NCBI GenBank assembly: GCA_027486695.1
Contig: JAIXOS010000089.1
Location: 1 to 46,473 of the forward strand
Origin: Chitinophagaceae bacterium
Lineage (GTDB): Bacteria; Bacteroidota; Bacteroidia; Chitinophagales; Chitinophagaceae
Reading direction: 5' to 3'
Length of the DNA stretch: 46,473 nt
Shown: positions 28,473 through 38,408 of the stretch, one piece after another
Layout: each line of letters opens with the position of its first letter
Position numbering within the stretch: position 1 is the first letter of the stretch
The notes under the pieces: model-generated
Databases searched by the model: none
What the model was told of the DNA's origin: nothing
Seen by the model: the letters and a program-made list of their open reading frames with translations, nothing else
Program-made: the position numbers and the translations under genes

Positions 28473-28742
28473 ATGAACAAGGCGGAATTGATAGCCCAAA
28501 TTGCAGAAGACACCGGACTTACAAAAACACAAGCTAACGCAGCAATAGACTCATTTACCAATGCAGTAACCAATAGCTTGAAAAAAGGAGATAAAGTTAC
28601 ATTAGTGGGTTTTGGTACTTTTTCCGTTAGTAGTCGCAAAGATCGTGTTGGACGCAATCCGCAAACAGGTGCAGCTATTACCATTAGTGCTAAAAATGTT
28701 GCACGCTTTAAAGCAGGAAAAGAACTTAGCGAAACACTTTAA
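28473..28742 (+). CDS. hup: DNA-binding protein HU
   Basis: MNKAELI...GFGTFS...GRNPQTG...FKAGKEL. Confidence 0.96.
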   Translation: MNKAELIAQIAEDTGLTKTQANAAIDSFTNAVTNSLKKGDKVTLVGFGTFSVSSRKDRVGRNPQTGAAITISAKNVARFKAGKELSETL

Positions 28743-28833
28743 CTAAGTTTTTGCCCGATAACAAAATAAAATGTAAGGTTATCGGTAGTATTTTTTATTT
28801 TCACGGTTCAAATAACAACAAAAACAGTTTATC

Positions 28834-28944
28834 ATGGGTAGAGGCGACAAAAAAACAGCCAAAGGAAAACGTTTTAAAGGCTCTTTTGGTAAAAGCAGAC
28901 CGCACAAACTTGCAGTTAAAAAAGCGGCAGCTAAGGCAGAATAA
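28834..28944 (+). CDS. thx: 30S ribosomal protein bTHX (36 aa, absent from ORF track)
   Basis: Manual translation MGRGDKKTAKGKRFKGSFGKSRPHKLAVKKAAAKAE matches the MG(K/R)GD..T..GK...G..G..RP signature. Confidence 0.9.
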   Translation: MGRGDKKTAKGKRFKGSFGKSRPHKLAVKKAAAKAE

Positions 28945-28965
28945 TTATTTCGGCCAATCATATTG

Positions 28966-29002
28966 AAAACAGCTTGTATCTACTTGGTACAAGCTGTTTT
29001 TT
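28966..29002 (+). terminator. Intrinsic terminator after thx
   Basis: AAAACAGCTTGTA...TACAAGCTGTTTTTT. Confidence 0.8.
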
Positions 29003-29199
29003 ATTTCCCCCCTACACACCTTTACTGCCATTTTTTATTGATCGATAACCTATTCTCAGCACAAAATAGCAAGACCAAGATCCAACGCAAACTGTCTATT
29101 TCCAAATTGCGTAACTCCGTTTTCCCGATACGGCATTCTGTTAGCACTCAAAAGCTACAACTTTGCGGCAAGTTAAACTATATAAAAATAATAGCATAA

Positions 29200-31425
29200 A
29201 TGAAACGCATTGTATTATTCCTTTTTTGTTGCAAAGTGGTTAGTGCCAACGCTCAAAAAGTAGATTCTGTAAATACCAACTATTTGCCCGAAGTAACCGT
29301 TATTGGCTTACACAGCACTAAAGATTGGCACACAATGCCCGATGTAGTGGGTACTTCAATTTATGCAGGCAAAAAAAGTACTCTCATTGTGTTAGACAAC
29401 ATACAAGGTAACGTAGCTACCAATACCATGCGTCAAGTAATGGCCAAAGTACCTGGCATTCATGTTTGGGAAAGCGATGGTAGTGGTATACAAATTGGCG
29501 TTTCGGCAAGGGGTTTAAGCCCTAACCGCAGCTGGGAATTCAATGTACGACAAAATGGCTACGATATAGCCGCAGACCCCTTTGGCTATCCCGAAGCATA
29601 CTACAATCCACCTTTACAAGCTGTACAACGCATAGAAGTAGTGCGTGGCCAAGGTGCTTTGCAATATGGTGCACAATTTGGCGGCATGGTGAATTACTTA
29701 GTAAAAAATGGCAGTGATATTAATAAACCCTTTCAACTTGAGGTTAATCAAACCTTGGGCAGCAATCAGCTGGTAAATACTTACACCGCTATTGGTGGCG
29801 AAACCGACAAAGTGCATTATTACGCTTTTTATGATCACCGATCTGCAGATGGTTGGCGCCAAAACAGTGCCTATTTTACCAATGCAGCTTTCTCAACCGT
29901 TACCTACAAAGCAAGCAAACGCCTATCCATCAGTGCCGAAGCTTTGTTATCGCATATTAGAAGCCAACAACCCGGCGGCTTAACAGATGCCCAGTTTGCT
30001 GTAAATAGCCAATTGAGCAACCGTAGTCGCAATTGGATGGATATTACTTGGAAAACCTTTGCATTAATTGGCAACTACGAGTTTAGCAAAAATGCCAAAT
30101 TGAATGTAAAAACATTTGCCATCTTGGGCAAAAGAACAAGCATTGGGTTTTTAAAATCGTTAGACATAAAAGACTCTGTTAATGCCACAACCCTTACCTA
30201 TAACAATCGGGTTTTGGATATTGATGTATATGAAAACTACGGTACCGAAGCCCGCTTTCTGCAACAATATACTTTGGGCAAACAAATAAGTAGTTTTTCT
30301 GCAGGTGTTCGTTATTTCAGCGGCACTACCTTCCGATATAGAGATGGCGTGGGCACTAAAGGCTGGGATTACAACAGCACTCTAATCAATAATCATTGGC
30401 CGCGCGACATACAGTACCATTCAACTAATTACGCAGTTTTTGCCGAAAACCTATTCAAAATAGGCCAGCAATGGTCCATTATTCCTGGTATGCGGTACGA
30501 ATATGTTCATGCCCAAGTAAAAGGTAGAAACGGATACGATGCCAATAACCAGCCTATTTTATTGCAGAACCAACAACGTGGACGGGGATTTGCTTTATTG
30601 GGATTAGGCATTCAATACCAAACAAAAAATGGGGCCACCGTATATGCAAATATTACCCAAGCTTACCGACCTATTCAGTTTTCCGATTTAAGTGCCCCAC
30701 CATCTACTGATGAAATTGACCCCAACTTAACAGATGCCAAAGGCTACAATGTAGACTTAGGCATTAAAGGTAAATGGCACAGTGTACTTACCTACGATGT
30801 AAGTTTGTACTTTTTGCAGTACAACAACAGAATTGGTACCATTACCCAACAGCGGAGCAACGGTAGCTACTACAATTTGCGAACCAATGTGGGCAATAGC
30901 CAAAGTAAAGGAATTGAGGCATTGGTAGAATGGAACCTCTTAAAAACAGTGTTACCCAATGCAACCTCTCCTTTCTCAATTAGCATTTTTGCCTCTTATG
31001 CGCATAATCTAGCCAAATATGGCAACTTTACAGTAATAACCAAGGGCACTACCAAATTAGACACAACCAACCTGAAAAATAAGTCTGTAGAAAATGCACC
31101 TCAACACATTTTGCGAAGCGGTATTACCTTAGGATACAAAAAAGTATTGCTTACAACCCAAGTTAACTATGTGAGCGCATGTTTTGCCGATGCCAATAAC
31201 ACCATTACACCATCTGCCAACGGCCAAATTGGTCAAATTCCGGCTTATACTGTTGCCGATTTAACCCTCAGTTATCAGTATCAATCCAAATACCAACTAA
31301 AAGGAGGCATCAACAATCTTACCAACAAAGCTTATTTTACTCGCCGTGCCGGCGGATATCCCGGTCCGGGCTTGTTGCCATCAGATGGTAGAACTGTCTT
31401 TGTATCGATAGGAATAAAAATTTAA
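29200..31425 (+). CDS. TonB-dependent receptor, FecA-like
   Basis: Signal peptide, LPEVTV TonB box, plug RGLSPNRS and IEVVRG, NNLTNKAYF, C-terminal beta-strand. Confidence 0.9.
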   Translation: MKRIVLFLFCCKVVSANAQKVDSVNTNYLPEVTVIGLHSTKDWHTMPDVVGTSIYAGKKSTLIVLDNIQGNVATNTMRQVMAKVPGIHVWESDGSGIQIGVSARGLSPNRSWEFNVRQNGYDIAADPFGYPEAYYNPPLQAVQRIEVVRGQGALQYGAQFGGMVNYLVKNGSDINKPFQLEVNQTLGSNQLVNTYTAIGGETDKVHYYAFYDHRSADGWRQNSAYFTNAAFSTVTYKASKRLSISAEALLSHIRSQQPGGLTDAQFAVNSQLSNRSRNWMDITWKTFALIGNYEFSKNAKLNVKTFAILGKRTSIGFLKSLDIKDSVNATTLTYNNRVLDIDVYENYGTEARFLQQYTLGKQISSFSAGVRYFSGTTFRYRDGVGTKGWDYNSTLINNHWPRDIQYHSTNYAVFAENLFKIGQQWSIIPGMRYEYVHAQVKGRNGYDANNQPILLQNQQRGRGFALLGLGIQYQTKNGATVYANITQAYRPIQFSDLSAPPSTDEIDPNLTDAKGYNVDLGIKGKWHSVLTYDVSLYFLQYNNRIGTITQQRSNGSYYNLRTNVGNSQSKGIEALVEWNLLKTVLPNATSPFSISIFASYAHNLAKYGNFTVITKGTTKLDTTNLKNKSVENAPQHILRSGITLGYKKVLLTTQVNYVSACFADANNTITPSANGQIGQIPAYTVADLTLSYQYQSKYQLKGGINNLTNKAYFTRRAGGYPGPGLLPSDGRTVFVSIGIKI

Positions 31426-31778
31426 ATGCAATATATAAAATCCTGTTTATAAGCACTTTAGCCTTATTTAAAGGAGGTTAAAGCAGTTGATGTTTTACAA
31501 GAAGTTGGATTGTTAACATTTACGTAACATTGAAAAACGGGTTACTTATTGGCTCATTAGGGAATAAAGGGTGTACAACGGGCTCGTAGGTAGCATCTAG
31601 ACTACCGCAATATTGATCAACAACGCTTCGCTTGACCGTTATAAAATGACACGCAGTTTTTAAATTACTGCCCTACATTGCTTCCATCGTAAAAAGTTAA
31701 CAAACCATGGTTTTGAGTGTACCGACGTGTGCTTGCAATGAAAAACCATTTATTCACAAATTGTAAAACTAAACAGAG

Positions 31779-32240
31779 ATGAAAACACAAACTGTAAACC
31801 CCCAAAAAAGAAACGCTTTATCGATAACGCTTTTGGCAGCAACTTTAATGTTATCTTTTCAAAGCATCGCCGCTATCAATTATGTTACCGGCACAAAAGC
31901 AATCCTAACCAACGAAGTAAAAACCGGCGACAAGAAAAACGCTAAAAACATGCAAGTAATTTCCCTTGGCAATGTTTCGGAAGGAACCATGTTGGAAGTA
32001 AATTATGCAAACAGCGAAGCAGGAGAATTTTTATTTTTCATTACCAATGCAGAGGAAGAAGTGCTTTTTGAAAACAATTATAACGGCAAAAATTTTGCTA
32101 AAAAAGTACTCATTCCTAGCAACTTAGAAGGTCAGAAAATTTTCCTCAACATCAAAGATTTTAAAACCGGCACTACATTTAGTACCGAAGTGGAAGTAAT
32201 TACCAAATCGACTAATCAAGTCAATATCGTTATTAAATAA
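31779..32240 (+). CDS. Secreted hypothetical protein (beta-rich)
   Basis: Signal peptide-like N-terminus; A-rich leader; followed by a terminator. Confidence 0.8.
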   Translation: MKTQTVNPQKRNALSITLLAATLMLSFQSIAAINYVTGTKAILTNEVKTGDKKNAKNMQVISLGNVSEGTMLEVNYANSEAGEFLFFITNAEEEVLFENNYNGKNFAKKVLIPSNLEGQKIFLNIKDFKTGTTFSTEVEVITKSTNQVNIVIK

Positions 32241-32272
32241 AAGCAGCCATGCTGGTTGGTTAACTACTTTTA

Positions 32273-32308
32273 TCCCACAAACCAACATTGGTTTGTGGGA
32301 ATTTTTTT
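32273..32308. terminator. Terminator hairpin between convergent genes
   Basis: TCCCACAAACCAA-ca-TTGGTTTGTGGGA perfect stem followed by T run. Confidence 0.75.
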
Positions 32309-34184
32309 ATTGAAACAGCGTTGCGGCGCTTAAGTATCGCCAGTTAAAACTGTTGCCGGCGTGTGCGGCTTGTGGTACAATTTTTTGCGCTAGCACTTTC
32401 TTGTGTAAAACACCTTTTTGCACCAACAACTCTTTACTTGATTGAATCAACTCAATCATTGCCTTATGTTGCATCCATACTTGTTGTGGCGGTTCAAAGC
32501 CTATTTTATTGGGTCTCCAAACGATAGATGGCGGCAACAAATCATTACTTGCTTTTCGTAGCAACCACTTTGTAAACCCGTTGTTAAACTTATAGGCATC
32601 TGGCAGGGCAAACACAAACTCTACCAACGTATGGTTTAAAAAAGGCAACCTTACTTCGCAACCGTGTGCCATTGAATTTCGGTCGGCGTAGCGCAACAAT
32701 TCCATTAATCCAAAATGTACTGTATTATAATACAACAAATCGCTTGCTTTGTACACAACCGGCTTCATTAATGTATCAATATTAACGTGTTGCAGAAAAA
32801 AATCGGGATGAATGAAGCCTTGTTTTTGTTGCTGTGCTGCTGCATGCAATTGTAATTTTTGGGCTAGCTTATCCGGACGATACCATGCCGCAAGGTAATT
32901 TTTGATTCCCCATGTTTCTACAAACTCGTTTTTTTGAAACAAAGGCAATGCTTTTTTAAATGCGTTAAAATTGTGTTTCAACAAATACTGCAAATGCCAA
33001 TGGGTATATTTTTTATATCCACCCAATATTTCATCCGCGCCCTGACCATCTAATAAAACCTTAACCCCTTGTTGCCTAGCACATTGGTACACCAAATATT
33101 GCGTAACCACGCTACTGCTTTGTACTGGTTCTTCTTGATGATAACTTATTTTTTGCCAATGTTGTATCCAGTCGTTTACAGAGATGGGTACAATATGGTG
33201 CTTCAAATGAAACTGTTCAGCCACTGTTGTAGCAAAAGCGGTTTCATCTTTTTCAAAGCCTGGAAAAGAAGCTGTAAAGGCTGATTGGGAGCGAGGTGGT
33301 GCGCACTTGGCCATAAATGCTACAATAGCCGAACTATCGAGCCCCCCACTAAGACTAGCACCCACCGAAACATGGGAACGCAATCTTTTTTCAACCGATT
33401 GCGCTAATAAATTTTTAAACTGTGCTATAACAGATTGTTCGTTGTCAATATCATCTATCGTTAAAGCTGAACTTGCAGTAGCTAATGTATACCATTTTTT
33501 TAGCTGTATTTTTCCGGCTGCGGGTTGTATAAACAAACAATGACCGGGCGGTAAACTCAAAATGTCATTAAAAAAGGATTGTGTTTTCTTGAGCGGATTT
33601 TGGGTATAACCTAACGTAAGGTAATTGAGCACCATGGTTCCATTTAACCATTTAGGCACCTGTGCAGCCCACAACGCTTTCATTTCGCTGGCAAAAAGTA
33701 ACTGCTTAAATTTTCCTCGCTCTTGGTATTCAGCATGATAATAAAAAGGCTTTTCGCCAAAGCGATCTCTAGCTGCAAAAATTTGGTTGCTTTTTTGGTC
33801 GTAAATAACCATAGCAAACATGCCATCGAACTTATGTAAACAAGCACTTCCCCAACAATCAAAAGCTGCAAGTACCACTTCGGTATCGGATTGGGTGGTA
33901 AATTGGTAACCTAGCCCGTGCAATTCATTTTTGAGTTCGATATAATTGTAGATTTCGCCATTATACACAATTACATAATGTAAATAGTGCATGGGCTGAT
34001 TGGCCGAGCTGTTTAAGTCTACAATAGCCAATCTTTTATGACCTAAACAAACTGTATGGGCATCATTGCTCCAAACACCCTCTCCGTCGGGCCCTCGGTG
34101 CGCTAGTGCATGTATCATGCTACGCACTTTGGCAGGCTGCGCCAATGCTTCGTAAGGACTGATTATACCGGCTATACCACACAT
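32307..34184 (-). CDS. asnB: Asparagine synthase (glutamine-hydrolysing) family amidotransferase
   Basis: N-terminal MCGIAG, HRGPD, NGEIYN, RDRFGEKP, SLSGGLDSS, DGQGADE, EVRLPFL. Confidence 0.92.
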   Translation of the reverse strand: MCGIAGIISPYEALAQPAKVRSMIHALAHRGPDGEGVWSNDAHTVCLGHKRLAIVDLNSSANQPMHYLHYVIVYNGEIYNYIELKNELHGLGYQFTTQSDTEVVLAAFDCWGSACLHKFDGMFAMVIYDQKSNQIFAARDRFGEKPFYYHAEYQERGKFKQLLFASEMKALWAAQVPKWLNGTMVLNYLTLGYTQNPLKKTQSFFNDILSLPPGHCLFIQPAAGKIQLKKWYTLATASSALTIDDIDNEQSVIAQFKNLLAQSVEKRLRSHVSVGASLSGGLDSSAIVAFMAKCAPPRSQSAFTASFPGFEKDETAFATTVAEQFHLKHHIVPISVNDWIQHWQKISYHQEEPVQSSSVVTQYLVYQCARQQGVKVLLDGQGADEILGGYKKYTHWHLQYLLKHNFNAFKKALPLFQKNEFVETWGIKNYLAAWYRPDKLAQKLQLHAAAQQQKQGFIHPDFFLQHVNIDTLMKPVVYKASDLLYYNTVHFGLMELLRYADRNSMAHGCEVRLPFLNHTLVEFVFALPDAYKFNNGFTKWLLRKASNDLLPPSIVWRPNKIGFEPPQQVWMQHKAMIELIQSSKELLVQKGVLHKKVLAQKIVPQAAHAGNSFNWRYLSAATLFQ

Positions 34185-34240
34185 ATATATGTTTTTACAA
34201 CCTTACCGACTGACATTAAATTGAGTACAATGCAAGGAAG

Positions 34241-34831
34241 TTATTTCTTTTTAGCTACTGTTTCGGTAGTAAAAGCTATGGGCAAAGAAGCTTTTGCTTC
34301 GTCCCACATGATGACCAAATTGGTAAATTTTCCGGCTTCTTCAAAGTATATTGTGAATGCCTCAACAGAATCGGTATTTTTTTCTACCGGTATTTCAAAA
34401 CGTGCTACATCTTTCTTGCTATCATAAATAAAATTGCCCCAACAATAATTATCTGTATTTACAATAAGCGTCCAAGTAGTTTCGTCCGGAATACAATACA
34501 AAGTATATCTCCCTTTTTTTATCGTTTTTCCATTAATGTGCACGTTTTTGAAAAATTCTATTTCGGTAGCCTCATTAGCGCCTAAGCGCCATAAATCTTT
34601 GTATTTAATGATACCGCCAAAAATAGGTCGGTTATTTTTCTGCGGTCTGCTGTATACAATGCGTGCTGCAGGTTCTTCTTTTACTTTGCCGCTCATTTTC
34701 AAAATAGGATAATTGGCCGGCCAATAACTAATATCCATCGGACTTTTATCTAGCTCTGTGGGCTTTTGTTGGGCGTGTAAAGAAATAACAGCCATCAGAG
34801 AAGCCATTAACATCAAACAAAAAGATTTCAT
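34241..34831 (-). CDS. DUF2911 family secreted protein
   Basis: YSRP...IFG......WRLGANEAT...G.YTLY.IP motif; TATATTTG -7 element at 34856-34863. Confidence 0.85.
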   Translation of the reverse strand: MKSFCLMLMASLMAVISLHAQQKPTELDKSPMDISYWPANYPILKMSGKVKEEPAARIVYSRPQKNNRPIFGGIIKYKDLWRLGANEATEIEFFKNVHINGKTIKKGRYTLYCIPDETTWTLIVNTDNYCWGNFIYDSKKDVARFEIPVEKNTDSVEAFTIYFEEAGKFTNLVIMWDEAKASLPIAFTTETVAKKK

Positions 34832-34882
34832 GCAAGGTTATATTTGTGGTATGTGCAAATATACATGGCAAAAGGGGCTATT

Positions 34883-35464
34883 TTATTGCAAAAATTGTTG
34901 TGCAAATTGGCGTACATCGTCTACAAATACGTTGTAACATTGCTGCAATACTTGTTGGTGTTCTAAAAAGCTATCAAAAACAGCAAGATGGGTATCAAGA
35001 AATTGCGCTCGGCGCGCTAAGCCTGCAAAGCTTTTTTCAATGCCTTCGTGAAGCCGATAATTATACAGCCAATTTTGCGATTGCATATACCCAAATAAAT
35101 GAACAAAATTGCTTGGCAATGCGGATTCCTCTTGTGCAATAAGGGCATACGTATCGGTTGCAAACGTAGCCAAGTGATTGGAAGATGGAAAAACACGCAC
35201 ATCGTTAGCCAAAAAATAATCATAGGCGATATCTACAAAAGCACCTGCATAACGGCCCACGTGTGGTTTAAAAACAGCTATTGCGGCATGTGTTGCAGGA
35301 TGTGCATCTGTAAAGGTATCTATTGCTCTATGCAAGCGTATTCCTTTTTGAATTGCCTCGTGGTAAGTATATTGTTGCTTGCCTTTTACAAAATCGCTAA
35401 TCATTTGCCCTGCCAATAGGGGCGGATTATAAAACGACAAGTAAGCGTGTGCCAAGTAGTTCAT
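34883..35464 (-). CDS. acpH: Acyl carrier protein phosphodiesterase (AcpH/DUF479)
   Basis: MNYLAHAYLS, DFVKG, GIRLHRAIDTFTDAH, DIAYDYFLA. Confidence 0.9.
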   Translation of the reverse strand: MNYLAHAYLSFYNPPLLAGQMISDFVKGKQQYTYHEAIQKGIRLHRAIDTFTDAHPATHAAIAVFKPHVGRYAGAFVDIAYDYFLANDVRVFPSSNHLATFATDTYALIAQEESALPSNFVHLFGYMQSQNWLYNYRLHEGIEKSFAGLARRAQFLDTHLAVFDSFLEHQQVLQQCYNVFVDDVRQFAQQFLQ

Positions 35465-35682
35465 GATACCTTGAAGCTACTACTCCGTTGTTAATAACAC
35501 AACAATATCTTTCAAAACATCGTACAAGGTTTGCCAACAATCCCATTTAACCAAATAATAATTGGCTTTAGCATTTTTTTAAGAAAACCGCTACAACTCA
35601 ACACGCATAAGGGTTTCAGCCTATCGAATACCCCTTTTGTCACTTGTTTGTAGAATCTTTTGCAATATTTTTTTCCAACCAA

Positions 35683-35712
35683 TGTAACATATCAATATCT
35701 ATACCGTACTAA
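35683..35712 (+). promoter_or_regulatory. Candidate ECF sigma factor promoter
   Basis: TGTAAC-N16-CGTACT (AAC/CGT ECF pattern) ~90 nt upstream of a secreted protein gene. Confidence 0.45.
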
Positions 35713-35797
35713 GTATGTGCACCGGTACTTTTGACATGTCAACAATCATAAAAACAATTACAAAAAAAATTATCATCCCAAACAAAATCAAACAATT

Positions 35798-36244
35798 ATG
35801 AAAAAATTATTTTTTGCCGCTTTAGCTATTATTGTATTTACAGCCTCTTCTTTTGCTGCAACAAACGAGGTGAGTAACAAAGTGTTATTACAGTTTAAAC
35901 ATACCTACAGCAATGTAAGCGAGGTAAATTGGTACACCACTGCCAACTTTACCAGAGCCTCTTTTGTAAAGGAAGGCAAGCAAATGGAAGTGTTTTACAC
36001 CCCTGACGGAGATTTAATGGGCACAAGCGAAGCTATTGGTTTTAGCACTTTACCAACACGCGCCATCACCACTATTGCAAAACGTTTTCCAGCCAATGAG
36101 TATACAGTAAAAGCTTGCATTCAGTTTGCTAATGCCAACGATGAACAAACAAAGTATGTATCGGTAGAAAACAAGAAAAAGAAAATTGTTTTAGAAATTG
36201 ATCCATCAGGCAATGTGTCGGTATTTCAAGAAAGCCGCAAATAA
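35798..36244 (+). CDS. Secreted hypothetical protein, PepSY-like/BLIP-like periplasmic type
   Basis: Signal peptide MKKLFFAALA...SFA; V...F...Y.NV..V.W and VFY..DG and LP..A...I...F repeats. Confidence 0.75.
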   Translation: MKKLFFAALAIIVFTASSFAATNEVSNKVLLQFKHTYSNVSEVNWYTTANFTRASFVKEGKQMEVFYTPDGDLMGTSEAIGFSTLPTRAITTIAKRFPANEYTVKACIQFANANDEQTKYVSVENKKKKIVLEIDPSGNVSVFQESRK

Positions 36245-36289
36245 CCTAACACCTCTCTTCCTGCTCGCTTCTCTCTAGCAAAACACGAC

Positions 36290-36330
36290 ATTAAAAAGCC
36301 TTACCCAATGATGGAGTAAGGCTTTTTAAT
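36290..36330. terminator. Bidirectional intrinsic terminator
   Basis: ATTAAAAAGCCTTAC...GTAAGGCTTTTTAAT between convergent genes. Confidence 0.85.
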
Positions 36331-36349
36331 AAATGATAGCGCTAAAAAA

Positions 36350-37204
36350 TTAGCTCCATTCTTTCGCTTCTCTTTCTTTTTCTTCGCGCGTAACTTTTGC
36401 CGAAACAATCACGCTCAATTCGTACAATAGCCAAAGTGGTACAAACACAATCATTTGGCTCATCCAATCGGGGCTAGGTGTTATTACGGCAGCAATTACC
36501 AACAAAATAACAATAGCATATTTGCGACTAGCCTTTAGAAATCCCGGATTAATGAGTCCAATGCGCGTTAACAAATAAGCCAAAACGGGCAATTCAAAGG
36601 CCAAACCACAACCCAAAATAATATTAGTCAGGTTGTCTAAATAATCGGTTAGTGTAGGGCGCGTTACCAACATTCCTTTTTGACCTAATTGAAAACTTGC
36701 CAAAAAGTTAAATGTAAATGGCCCTAATAAGTAAAATCCGAAAGCGGCACCTAAAAAGAAGAAAAAAGACACCCAAAAAATAACAAATCGCGTATTCTTT
36801 ACTTCATTTTCGTGCAAAGCGGGTTTTATAAAACGCCAAAACTCCCAAAAAATATACGGAAAGCTTACAATTATGCCCCCAATAAAAGCCATTGTAATGC
36901 TACTTACAAACTGCCCCCCAAAAGTGGTACTCTGCATACTTATTTGTACCGGTGGCATACAGAGTGCATTGCCCAAGTGTAGCTGCCTACTTAAATTGCA
37001 CAAGGCCTTGTATGTAAAAAAATCAGGATTGATAGGCCCCGTAATGATGTTGTCAAACACCCAATCGCGATACACAAATATCACAATAGCCACTACTACT
37101 ACTGCCAACAAGCTGCGTACAACATGCATTCTCAATTCTTCCAAATGGTCTATAAAACTCATTTCGGCGTTTGTTCTTGTGCGGTTAAGATTAAATAGTG
37201 CCAT
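36350..37204 (-). CDS. tatC: Twin-arginine translocase subunit TatC
   Basis: MSFIDHLEELR, WRFIKPAL, FELP, AAVITPSPD, LLYELS; TAACTTTG -7 element at 37237-37244. Confidence 0.96.
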   Translation of the reverse strand: MALFNLNRTRTNAEMSFIDHLEELRMHVVRSLLAVVVVAIVIFVYRDWVFDNIITGPINPDFFTYKALCNLSRQLHLGNALCMPPVQISMQSTTFGGQFVSSITMAFIGGIIVSFPYIFWEFWRFIKPALHENEVKNTRFVIFWVSFFFFLGAAFGFYLLGPFTFNFLASFQLGQKGMLVTRPTLTDYLDNLTNIILGCGLAFELPVLAYLLTRIGLINPGFLKASRKYAIVILLVIAAVITPSPDWMSQMIVFVPLWLLYELSVIVSAKVTREEKEREAKEWS

Positions 37205-37369
37205 AATTGCTTGCTAACTCTGTACAAATAAAGCTGCAAAGTTAACTGAATGCATATTAACTCTAAATGCAAGCTTTCTTAAATATCCGGTGTATAAAGC
37301 CGCTATTTTTTTCCATGTACTTCATCTACAAACCGTACAATGAAATATCTTTAATCCACAAATTGCTAT

Positions 37370-38317
37370 ATGAAAAAATACATCCAATTTCTAAGCACTT
37401 ATTTATTATTCACTGCCCAATTTGCCATTGCTCAAAACCATACTGCTATGCCACAATTGGCAAGCGGCACGTTACGCCGATTTGCAAATTTTACTTCGAA
37501 ATATGTAGATGCCCGCAATATAGATGTTTGGCTGCCCGCTCAGTACAACGGCAAAAAAGCATTTTCGGTGCTTTACATGCACGACGGGCAAGGCTTATAT
37601 GATAGTGCCGTAACTTGGAACAAACAAGAATGGGGGGTAGACGAAACCGTGGGCAATCTATTGGAAAACAAACAAATACAACCCTGTATAGTTGTAGGCA
37701 TATGGAACAGTGGCCGCAATAGGCATGTAGACTATTTTCCACAAAAGCCCTTTGAAAGCCTAAATCAAGCCGTACAAGACACACTGCTACAGAGCCTACG
37801 CAGCAACGGCGCAATCGTTTTTTCCGGCAAACCGCAATCCGACGCGTATTTGAAATTTTTGGTGTACGAACTCAAACCCTTTATAGATAGTGTTTTTAAA
37901 ACACGCCCACAAGCCAAGCACACTTTTATTGCCGGCTCAAGTATGGGCGGATTAATTTCTATGTATGCCTTGTGCGAATATCCGAAGATATTTGGGGGTG
38001 CCGCTTGTTTATCTACCCATTGGCCGGGCATTTTTACCAACCATCAAAACCCTATACCCGAAGCCTTTTTTCAGTATTTGCAGCAATATTTACCCGCTCC
38101 GGCTACCCAACACAAACTGTATTTTGATTATGGCACAGAAACTCTCGATGCCCTATACCCCATACACCAACAAAAAGTAGATAGCATCATGCGCGCAGCA
38201 GGCTATTCCAACAAACAATGGATGACCAAACAATTTGTTGGCGCAAATCATTCCGAAAAAGCTTGGCAAAAACGATTGGCAATTCCAATACGCTTTTTAT
38301 TAGGTACCCACAAATAA
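37370..38317 (+). CDS. Secreted alpha/beta hydrolase (putative esterase)
   Basis: VLYMHDGQ, GSSMGG nucleophile elbow, HSE catalytic His; signal peptide. Confidence 0.9.
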   Translation: MKKYIQFLSTYLLFTAQFAIAQNHTAMPQLASGTLRRFANFTSKYVDARNIDVWLPAQYNGKKAFSVLYMHDGQGLYDSAVTWNKQEWGVDETVGNLLENKQIQPCIVVGIWNSGRNRHVDYFPQKPFESLNQAVQDTLLQSLRSNGAIVFSGKPQSDAYLKFLVYELKPFIDSVFKTRPQAKHTFIAGSSMGGLISMYALCEYPKIFGGAACLSTHWPGIFTNHQNPIPEAFFQYLQQYLPAPATQHKLYFDYGTETLDALYPIHQQKVDSIMRAAGYSNKQWMTKQFVGANHSEKAWQKRLAIPIRFLLGTHK

Positions 38318-38322
38318 ACATC

Positions 38323-38408
38323 AACGGCTACATGGTAGCCTCTTTTTTTTTTTTTTTTAGGGCCGGTACTGCTATTAGGCGGCATGGGCGTTGGCACCGT
38401 TCAACAGT
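38323..38408 (+). repeat. Dispersed intergenic repeat, copy 2
   Basis: GGCTACATGGTAGCC-T16-...GGCGGCATGGGCGTTGGCACCGTTCAACAG. Confidence 0.9.

Noticed and set aside
28751-29199. ORF-track ORFs 28751-28966, 28779-28961 and 28963-29199
   Set aside because: They overlap the thx gene or its terminator, have weak starts and no motifs.
32307-34184. asnB as part of the AsnC/tRNA-mimic system
   Set aside because: It lies 14 kb away behind unrelated genes, and AsnB-family enzymes often amidate other substrates; nothing in the sequence links them. If it is the housekeeping Asn synthetase, that would weaken the RNA-dependent Asn hypothesis.
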